Shown one piece after another: positions 1-6,812 of a stretch of DNA of 25,267 nucleotides; position 1 is the stretch's first letter, and each line of letters starts with the position of its first letter. The DNA is from an uncultured Candidatus Saccharibacteria bacterium. GTDB lineage: Bacteria > Patescibacteriota > Minisyncoccia > Minisyncoccales > MHMH01. The notes beneath the pieces were generated by a model that worked only from the letters and a program-made list of their open reading frames with translations, had not been told where the DNA came from and made no database searches. The translations under genes and the position numbers were made by a program. Location of the stretch: assembly GCA_964477885.1 (NCBI GenBank), contig CAYZHR010000001.1:1-25267 (forward strand), given 5' to 3'.

Positions 1-43
1 AAAAATTATCTATAATTTTTTCTGACTAAGACTTCTAACGGGG
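1..43. mobile_element. Right end of MITE-like element, copy A (truncated by window edge)
   Basis: 1-43 is identical to 9209-9251 and ends in the TIR AGACTTCTAACGGGG; it abuts the tsf stop codon (44-46). Confidence 0.85.
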
Positions 44-484
44 TCATATTTGGTAGCGAGCGAACTTTTTAACAATGACGTTTTCGCCTAATCTGGCTAT
101 AACTTCATCAATCAAGTCCTTAACGGTCTTCGCCTCATCTTTTATCCAGGGCTGTTCCAGCAAGAGCGCTTCCTCCTCGCCGAGAGCCGCAATCTGCAAA
201 CATAATTCATGGGCTAAGTTTTGGAAGTCCTGGTTCTTGGCGACAAAATCGGTTTCGCAACCCAGCTCCAAAATAACGCCCACTTTCTTGTTGGGATGAA
301 CATAACTGGCAATAATTCCCTGGCTGGTTGCTCTTTCAGCTTTCTTTTGAGCTAAATTTTTACCCCATTTCTTCAAAATCTCCTTGGCTTGCGCCAAATC
401 GCCCTTAGCTTCTTTTAAAGCTTTCTTGCACTCGGTAATGGAAACTTCCGTTTCTGTTCTCAGTTGTTTGATTTTGTCAATCAT
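44..484 (-). CDS. tsf: Elongation factor Ts, short form (146 aa)
   Basis: N-terminal UBA-like IKQLRTETEVSITECKKAL, ELGCETDFVAKN motif, adjacent to rpsB. Confidence 0.95.
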   Translation of the reverse strand: MIDKIKQLRTETEVSITECKKALKEAKGDLAQAKEILKKWGKNLAQKKAERATSQGIIASYVHPNKKVGVILELGCETDFVAKNQDFQNLAHELCLQIAALGEEEALLLEQPWIKDEAKTVKDLIDEVIARLGENVIVKKFARYQI

Positions 485-499
485 CGAGATTTTAATTCA

Positions 500-1207
500 T
501 CAACTCTTCGCTTTTGGTTTCTTGACGCCTTTGATCGCTTCCTGCACTTTGTCTAAAATATACTTGACCGAAGATATGGCATCGTCACTCGCTGGAACGG
601 GAAAATCCGCTAAGGTGGGATCGGCGTTGGTGTCGCAAATGCCGATTACTTTAATCCCTTTCGCTCTCGCTTCCTTCACCGCCAGCTTATCTTTAATCAT
701 ATCACAAACGAAGATGGCGTCGGGCAAGCGAGTCAGATTCTTGATGCCGCCGAACTTTCTCTCAAATTCCCTTAATTCTTCGTCAATGTCGGCTCTCTCT
801 TTCTTGGTGTATTTTTCCAATTCGCCGGCTGTTTTCTTTCTTTCCAAATCCTTAAAGTATTCTATCCTTTTGAAAATGGAACCGAAATTGGTGAAAGTTC
901 CACCCAGCCACCGCTCAACCACGTAGTAAAAACCGCCGGCTTCAGCCGCTTCCCGAACCACGTCTTTAATCTGGACCTTAGTCCCTACTAACATTAGCGT
1001 TTTGCCTTCGGCGGTAAGTTTCTGGACAAATTCCAAAGCTTCAATCAGTTTTTCTTTGGTTTTTTCCACATCAATAATATGGATAGTGTCTCTGACCCCA
1101 AAAAGAAATGGCTGCATCTTCGGATTGATTTTAGATGTTCGGTGGCCGAAATGGAGACCCTGGCGGGTCATCTCTTCGGTATCGATATTGAATTTTTCTT
1201 TAGTCAT
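500..1207 (-). CDS. rpsB: 30S ribosomal protein S2
   Basis: GLHFGHRTSKINPKM, RWLGGTFTNF and DTNADP motifs. ATG at 1207 preferred over the TTG at 1210, which lies in the element's flanking repeat. Confidence 0.97.
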   Translation of the reverse strand: MTKEKFNIDTEEMTRQGLHFGHRTSKINPKMQPFLFGVRDTIHIIDVEKTKEKLIEALEFVQKLTAEGKTLMLVGTKVQIKDVVREAAEAGGFYYVVERWLGGTFTNFGSIFKRIEYFKDLERKKTAGELEKYTKKERADIDEELREFERKFGGIKNLTRLPDAIFVCDMIKDKLAVKEARAKGIKVIGICDTNADPTLADFPVPASDDAISSVKYILDKVQEAIKGVKKPKAKS

Positions 1208-1210
1208 CAA

Positions 1211-1342
1211 CCCCGTTAGAAGTCTGTCTTATTTAGCATAATACTAATTTCAGATAGACCCTGGTTGTTTAATTTTACCCCCGTTATTAGAAAGCAGAAA
1301 AAATTTAATCTAAATTTTTTCTGACTAAGACTTCTAACGGGG
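1211..1342. mobile_element. MITE-like element, copy B (132 bp, non-autonomous)
   Basis: Perfect 15 bp TIRs CCCCGTTAGAAGTCT...AGACTTCTAACGGGG, TCAA on both flanks (1207-1210 and 1343-1346), no transposase ORF, similar to 9122-9251. Confidence 0.85.
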
Positions 1343-1351
1343 TCAAGTTCT

Positions 1352-1360
1352 AATATAACA
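1352..1360 (-). promoter_or_regulatory. Candidate extended -10 promoter for rpsB-tsf (TGtTATATT)
   Basis: Motif match only; the same motif and spacing is seen upstream of gpmA once the element is removed in silico. Confidence 0.5.
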
Positions 1361-1362
1361 TA

Positions 1363-1392
1363 TTGTCAAAAAAAAGAAAAGTATGGTAAAAT
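1363..1392 (+). promoter_or_regulatory. Candidate sigma70 promoter for pyrH (TTGTCA-18-TAAAAT, with TG extension)
   Basis: -35 at 1363-1368, -10 at 1387-1392, ATG 7 nt downstream at 1400. Confidence 0.55.
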
Positions 1393-1399
1393 GAAAGAG

Positions 1400-2077
1400 A
1401 TGATCAAGAAGCCCGAAACCATTGTTATTTCCCTGGGCGGCTCGATTATTGTGCCGGGCAAAATCCAGGTGGCATTCCTTAAAAAGTTTAGGGAATTTAT
1501 TTTGAAATTTCTCAAAAGGAACTGCCAGTTTATCATTGTGGCGGGCGGCGGGGCGGTCGCCCGGCAATATCAGGAAGCGGCTACCAAAATCACCAAAGTG
1601 TCGGACGAAGATAAAGACTGGCTGGGCATTCATGCCACCCGTTTCAACGCCCACCTGCTAAGAACCATTTTCAAAGAAGAGGCTTATCCGGTCGTACTGG
1701 ACAGCCCTCACAAAGAGATTGACGCAGAAAGGTACAATCTTTTCATTGCTTCCGGCTGGCGGCCCGGCTGGTCCACTGATTATGACGCCGTTATTCTGGC
1801 CGACCGTTTCAAAGCCGATAAAATCATCAACGCTTCCAACATAACCCATGTATATGACAGAAATAAAAAACTGCTAAACGGAATCAGCTGGAAGGACTAT
1901 CGAAAATTAATCAGCTCCGCCTGGGCTCCAGGCATGAATGTTCCTTTCGACCCCATTGCCGCCAAGGCCGCTCAAGAATTAAAGATGACCGTAATTGTCG
2001 CCAAAGGAACGAATTTGAACAACTTAGCCGACATCTTGAACGACAAACCTTTCCAAGGCACCGTCATCCATCCTTGA
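1400..2077 (+). CDS. pyrH: UMP kinase, archaeal-type
   Basis: ISLGGS, VAGGGAVAR, DWLGIHATRFNA, GWRPGWSTDYDA and PFDP motifs. The ORF track starts at 1391, but that ATG overlaps the -10 box. Confidence 0.9.
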   Translation: MIKKPETIVISLGGSIIVPGKIQVAFLKKFREFILKFLKRNCQFIIVAGGGAVARQYQEAATKITKVSDEDKDWLGIHATRFNAHLLRTIFKEEAYPVVLDSPHKEIDAERYNLFIASGWRPGWSTDYDAVILADRFKADKIINASNITHVYDRNKKLLNGISWKDYRKLISSAWAPGMNVPFDPIAAKAAQELKMTVIVAKGTNLNNLADILNDKPFQGTVIHP

Positions 2078-2103
2078 TTTTTTTTAATAAAATTTGCTAA
2101 GAT
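2074..2103 (+). promoter_or_regulatory. Candidate promoter for rpmE-prfA (TTGATT-18-TAAGAT, TG extension)
   Basis: Motif match and position upstream of rpmE. Confidence 0.4.
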
Positions 2104-2118
2104 AAAAAATCGGCAGTC

Positions 2119-2138
2119 GATGAATCTAAAGATTCATC
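2119..2138. repeat. 9 bp-arm palindrome between pyrH and rpmE
   Basis: GATGAATCT-aa-AGATTCATC, followed by a T-rich tract. Confidence 0.6.
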
Positions 2139-2172
2139 TTTATCTTCATTTTTTAATAAATTAAAAAATTCG

Positions 2173-2403
2173 ATGAAACAAGACATTCATCCAAAGTATT
2201 ATCCCAATGCCAGAGTGCAGTGCGCCTGCGGCAACTCTTTTACGGTTGGCTCGACCAAAGAATACATTGAAGTTGAAATCTGTTCCAAGTGCCATCCTTT
2301 TTACACCGGCAAAGAAAAGATGGTTGACGCTATGGGACAGGTGCAAAAATTCAGGAAGAGGCTCGCCAAAAAGGAAGAAATGAAAAAAAGGAAGAAAAAG
2401 TAA
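2173..2403 (+). CDS. rpmE: 50S ribosomal protein L31 (Zn-binding type)
   Basis: [25 protein letters not shown]. Confidence 0.97.
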   Translation: MKQDIHPKYYPNARVQCACGNSFTVGSTKEYIEVEICSKCHPFYTGKEKMVDAMGQVQKFRKRLAKKEEMKKRKKK

Positions 2404-3438
2404 ATGGCCGACATTAAGCAGGTTAAACAAGAATACGACGGACTCTTAGAGCAGCTCAGCGATCCTGAGCTGATTTCAGACTGGGAGAAATTTGAGAAGC
2501 TTTCTAAAAGAAAAGGAAATCTGGAGAAAATAATCACCAAAGAGGAAGAACTTAAAGAGGTGAAAAATAAAATTGAAGAGAATAAAGGAATCGTCAAGGC
2601 CCAGGAAGACAAAGAATTAATCTCTCTGGCTGAAGCAGAAACCGTGCAGCTGCAAGAAAGGGGGAAAGTCTTGGAAAAAGAATTGGAGGAACTTTTAAAG
2701 TGCGGCGACAGCGAACCTCAGGCAGTCATTGTCGAAATCAGAGCCGGCACCGGCGGCGAGGAAGCGGCTCTTTTTGCCGGCGACCTTTACCAAATGTATT
2801 CCAAATACGCCCAGTTGCAGGGCTGGCGGCAGAAAGTTCTGGAATCCCATCCGACAGAACTTGGCGGGTTCAAAGAAATTATTTTTGAATTGAAAAACGG
2901 CAACGTTTTCGCCAAAATGCAGTTTGAAGGCGGAGTCCACCGCGTCCAGAGAATACCGCGCACCGAAAAAGCAGGCCGAGTTCACACTTCCACTGCCTCT
3001 GTTGCCGTTCTGCCTAAACCGAAAGCAACCGAAATTAAAATCAACCCAAAAGATTTGAAAGTTGACGTTTACAAATCTTCCGGCCCGGGCGGGCAGTACG
3101 TCAATAAAAGAATGACGGCCGTCAGAATAACTCATCTGCCCACTGGCATCGTCGTCACTTCCCAAACGGAAAGAAATCTGCAGCAGAACAAAGAAAACGC
3201 CATGAGTATTTTGGGAGCCAGGGTTTTGGAAAAAAACAAAAGCGAGCAAGTTGAAAAAATGGGAGAAAAAAGAAAAGCCCAGATTAAGAGGGCTGAACGG
3301 GCCGATAAAATCAGGACTTACAACTTCCCTCAAGACAGAGTCACCGACCACCGCATTCAGAAATCCTTCCATAATATAGAAGGCATCATGGCCGGAAAAT
3401 TAGACCCCATCATTGAAGCGCTCACTAAAATTGATTGA
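2404..3438 (+). CDS. prfA: Peptide chain release factor 1
   Basis: GGQ motif (GPGGQYVN), PxT motif (QRIPRTE), IRTYNFPQDRVTDHR; follows rpmE. Confidence 0.96.
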   Translation: MADIKQVKQEYDGLLEQLSDPELISDWEKFEKLSKRKGNLEKIITKEEELKEVKNKIEENKGIVKAQEDKELISLAEAETVQLQERGKVLEKELEELLKCGDSEPQAVIVEIRAGTGGEEAALFAGDLYQMYSKYAQLQGWRQKVLESHPTELGGFKEIIFELKNGNVFAKMQFEGGVHRVQRIPRTEKAGRVHTSTASVAVLPKPKATEIKINPKDLKVDVYKSSGPGGQYVNKRMTAVRITHLPTGIVVTSQTERNLQQNKENAMSILGARVLEKNKSEQVEKMGEKRKAQIKRAERADKIRTYNFPQDRVTDHRIQKSFHNIEGIMAGKLDPIIEALTKID

Positions 3439-3447
3439 AGCCCGCCT

Positions 3448-4794
3448 TCACTCAATTTCTTTTATATCTTGTTCGTATCGGGCGGCGATGGCCATGACGG
3501 AATCGCCGTAAAACTCATAACGTATCTGATTGCTCAAAGAACAGCTGCCGGAAAAATAGGAAACGGCCGCACACCACTCATAGTCGTGCGTTTTTTTAGT
3601 CGCACCGACGTCAGAAAGATAAACGGCGGCGGCCAAAAAAGCGTCGCTGATGTTCCAGGGATCGGCAGCGCTTCCCTTCAATTGGGCGATACGGTCTTTA
3701 TATATCATCCAGGTGGAGGGAATGAATTGAGCCGGACCCATGGCTCCCCCGTACCCCCCCACGCTGGGAATCGGACAGGAAACAGGCGTATTAAAGGGGT
3801 CTCTCCCCAAGGCTTGCGTTATTTGCAGAAAAGGCTGCACGTCCCGAGACGACTTCATCACTTTGGAGATGGGTGTTCCGTTCACCCTCACTCCGTTTCC
3901 GGTCGCTGCGTCTTTCAGATAACACTGCCCGACATTGCTGCCGATATTGGACTCTTGAGTTAAGACGGCCAGCAAGAAGGCCGGACGCACGCCGGTCAAT
4001 GAAGAAACCACTTTGGCGATTTCCAAAGCCTCGCCGAAAGTGGGGGCTTCCGGCACGCCAATCAATTCAAAAATCCTCTCTCTGATCGCTTGGGCTCTTT
4101 TTTCTACGCTTTCTTTCTCTTCTAATTGTTTTTGGTATTCCGCTTCAGTCATCTGCAGTAAATAATTTTGCTCTACCCGCGTCTTCTCGTTTTCTTGTTT
4201 TTGCAGAGTTTGAATAACCACCTGCCTCTCCAGACTCTCTTTCTCTTCGTCCAAAGACTGTCTCTGCGCTTCTAAATAAGATTTAAGAGTTTTAATCTGG
4301 CTTAACACCTCCTGATTCTTAGTATTCAAAGATTCCAAAGCCACTAAATTGTCGAAGAAATCGGAAACCCCTTCGGCCAGCAGGATTTCAATCAGGGGGC
4401 GTTCGTCTTCTTCGTAAACTTCTCTTAAAATAACCGCTAGCCTGTCTTTTGTTTCGTCAATCTTTAAGCTGGTTTTTTGAATCGAAGTTTGAGTGTCTTG
4501 AATCTGCAAGCCCAAATCTTTAATAATGACGTTGCTCTGGTAAATCTGCAAATCTAATTTTTTTATCGTATTTCTCAGAATATATATTTTATTTTCCAAA
4601 GATTTTTTCTCTTGCTCTGTTTTGGTAATGTTTGTTTTATATTGAGCAATTTCTTCCTCTAACTGCCTTAATTCCTCTTCCAGGGCTTGCCTTTCCTCGG
4701 TCGGACTCATCTCCGCCAAAATAAAAAAAGACGGCAACGCAAAAGCCGCCGTAATGCTGAAAAACAGAACAATTTTTAAAAATTGTTTGTTCAT
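3448..4794 (-). CDS. Exported coiled-coil protein with C-terminal lytic transglycosylase (SLT/MltB-like) domain
   Basis: Hydrophobic N-terminus, long heptad E/Q/K-rich region, then LTQES, GAMGPAQFIPSTW and ADPWN lysozyme-like motifs. Confidence 0.8.
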   Translation of the reverse strand: MNKQFLKIVLFFSITAAFALPSFFILAEMSPTEERQALEEELRQLEEEIAQYKTNITKTEQEKKSLENKIYILRNTIKKLDLQIYQSNVIIKDLGLQIQDTQTSIQKTSLKIDETKDRLAVILREVYEEDERPLIEILLAEGVSDFFDNLVALESLNTKNQEVLSQIKTLKSYLEAQRQSLDEEKESLERQVVIQTLQKQENEKTRVEQNYLLQMTEAEYQKQLEEKESVEKRAQAIRERIFELIGVPEAPTFGEALEIAKVVSSLTGVRPAFLLAVLTQESNIGSNVGQCYLKDAATGNGVRVNGTPISKVMKSSRDVQPFLQITQALGRDPFNTPVSCPIPSVGGYGGAMGPAQFIPSTWMIYKDRIAQLKGSAADPWNISDAFLAAAVYLSDVGATKKTHDYEWCAAVSYFSGSCSLSNQIRYEFYGDSVMAIAARYEQDIKEIE

Positions 4795-5489
4795 TTCCCC
4801 TTTTTCTCTTCCTTGCCCGCAGTTTCAGTCGGCTTCTCTTCTTCAACTTCCTCTGCCTCTTCCTTTTTCTCCTTTTCCACTTTTTCTACTTCTTCCACTT
4901 TCTCTTCAATCGGTTTTTCCAATTCTTCCTCAACCTTTTCGGGCTGAGCGATGGAGGCTACAATTTCATCCGGCTCTTTCAATATCTTAATCCCCTCCGC
5001 CAACTTCAAGTCTTTTATCAAAAGGTGGTTTCCAAACGTTGCCAAACCACTGATGTTGACCTTGATCTCCTTGGGTAGATTCTGCGGCAAGGCTTTAACT
5101 ACCACTTCGCCAATGTTTTTAATTAAAGTGCCGCCCAGGTTTTTGATGGCCGGCGACTCTCCCTCTAAGATTATGGGGACGTGGGCTTCAATCTCTTTTT
5201 CCAGGGAAGGCTGGTATAAATCAACGTGGATGACTTCAGATGTCAAGGGGTCTCTTTTCAAATCATGAATTAAAACCAGGTATTTTTTCTTTCCGCTTTC
5301 AATCTCCAGAGAAATCAAAGTGCTCTCCCCCGTCTCTTGGTAAACCTTCTGGAATTCTTTGGCGTCGACTTCCAGGGATGCCGTCTTGATTTCCGGCCCG
5401 TATAAAACAGCCGGCAAAACACCCTTTATTCTAAAGGCTTTTGTTTTCCTGCCTTGAGTTTTTCTAATTTTAGCGGATAAACTTAACAT
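4791..5489 (-). CDS. rplY: 50S ribosomal protein L25 / CTC with acidic tail
   Basis: LPAVLYG, IHVDLY, VKALPQNLPKEI; E/K-rich C-terminal tail. Confidence 0.93.
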   Translation of the reverse strand: MLSLSAKIRKTQGRKTKAFRIKGVLPAVLYGPEIKTASLEVDAKEFQKVYQETGESTLISLEIESGKKKYLVLIHDLKRDPLTSEVIHVDLYQPSLEKEIEAHVPIILEGESPAIKNLGGTLIKNIGEVVVKALPQNLPKEIKVNISGLATFGNHLLIKDLKLAEGIKILKEPDEIVASIAQPEKVEEELEKPIEEKVEEVEKVEKEKKEEAEEVEEEKPTETAGKEEKKGK

Positions 5490-5686
5490 TATTTTTCAAT
5501 GTGGATGCACTGAACCGGACAGGTGTCGACTGCTTCCTGATTGCAGCCAATGTCTTTGTCTTCTAATTCCGACGGACCCAGATATTTGGCTTTGCCGTCA
5601 TCGGCCAGCTGCCAGTATTTCGGGCAGACGGCCTGGCACGAACCGCAACCAATGCATTTTTCTTTTTCTAAAATAATTTTAGCCAT
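5489..5686 (-). CDS. Single-cluster ferredoxin
   Basis: CIGCGSCQAVCP ... CPVQCI pattern, 65 aa. Confidence 0.9.
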   Translation of the reverse strand: MAKIILEKEKCIGCGSCQAVCPKYWQLADDGKAKYLGPSELEDKDIGCNQEAVDTCPVQCIHIEK

Positions 5687-5688
5687 AA

Positions 5689-6792
5689 CTATCTCTTCCT
5701 AATAATAAACTTCTTATCCAGTTCCTTCAAAGCATCGATCACCCCGGTATATTCGAGTTCCGACATCGGCAACATGGCGCTTCCTGCAAACCCCTGCCGC
5801 CTTATTTCTTCGGCTTTGCGAGAAACCTGATGACGCACATAATCCCAATAGGGCTGGTCGAAGGCGTCGGCTGGCTCGGTCAGCTTACCATTTTTCATTG
5901 AAAAAGCCAAGCAGGAAACTATCGGAGGTCCGTCAAAAAAAGAGATGGAAGAGTTTTTCTTAACCGGCATCAAGGGGCCATTATGAGAACCCCGCATGAA
6001 ACCAGCGACATAATGTCCGATGCTATAAGGCGAAAGAATTTCGCCGGTGGCAGGGAAATTTTTCTGAACCCTCACCAGCATGACCGGATCGTCTTTCCCG
6101 ACGTATTTGCCGGCAATATTGTGTAAACGAGAAGTGCAGGCCGAAACCACTTGTTCTCCCGAAGCTCTCGACCAAATCGATTCCACCACGTATTTCTCGG
6201 CATCCCGCAACAAAGCGGCGATGTTATAATTATCTTCCGGGGCACTGAGCTCGATGATTCTATCGGCTTTGGTGTAAGAAACGTCCATAATGACGAATTT
6301 AAAGCCTTTTTTTAATTCTGGAGAAAGCATCAAACCGGCATTGTGCATGGGGTCGGTAAAAGAAAGAAACAGGGGCAGATTGTAAGCTCCCGGGTCGGTC
6401 TTGTCGGCGGCGAACATCAAAAACGGTTCAGCCTCTCTCTCTTCAATCTCCATTTCGGCTATAGCCGGACCCATGCCTTTGACGTTGCCCGAAAACGTGT
6501 CTTTCAGCAAATCCTGTCCTGCGCCGTAGAGCCCCTGCTCTTTGGCGACTTTGGTGCCGGCTAAAAAAGCTTCCCAGCAGAATTTATGGATTTTTTCATT
6601 TAAAACTCCCTTTTGGTGGGTGGTCAAAATGGCAATGTCGTCGCCAGTGTGGCCAATATAAAAATCAATGACCAGACCTTTGCTTTTGCTTTTAACGTAG
6701 TTCTCGACGGTTTCCAATAGTTTCTGACTCGGCTTCAAGTGGCCGCCGATGCTGCCGATGTCGGCTTTGATAATACTTAAAGTGGTTTTCAT
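5689..6792 (-). CDS. fbp: Bifunctional fructose-1,6-bisphosphate aldolase/phosphatase (FBPase class V)
   Basis: KADIGSIGGH, GNVKGMGP, DKTDPGAYN, GKYVGKDDP (Schiff-base Lys and Tyr), RGSH. Confidence 0.93.
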   Translation of the reverse strand: MKTTLSIIKADIGSIGGHLKPSQKLLETVENYVKSKSKGLVIDFYIGHTGDDIAILTTHQKGVLNEKIHKFCWEAFLAGTKVAKEQGLYGAGQDLLKDTFSGNVKGMGPAIAEMEIEEREAEPFLMFAADKTDPGAYNLPLFLSFTDPMHNAGLMLSPELKKGFKFVIMDVSYTKADRIIELSAPEDNYNIAALLRDAEKYVVESIWSRASGEQVVSACTSRLHNIAGKYVGKDDPVMLVRVQKNFPATGEILSPYSIGHYVAGFMRGSHNGPLMPVKKNSSISFFDGPPIVSCLAFSMKNGKLTEPADAFDQPYWDYVRHQVSRKAEEIRRQGFAGSAMLPMSELEYTGVIDALKELDKKFIIRKR

Positions 6793-6812
6793 ATTTATTT
6801 AAACTTAATGAT

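Noticed and set aside
1211-1342. Ribosomal protein S2 autoregulatory leader RNA
   Set aside because: The same element occurs at ppsA and after tsf and has flanking duplications, so it is not rpsB-specific; later co-option is not excluded.
4020-4960. Tandem repeats in the E/K/Q-rich coding stretches
   Set aside because: These are low-complexity coiled-coil and acidic-tail codons of the SLT protein and L25, not discrete DNA repeats.
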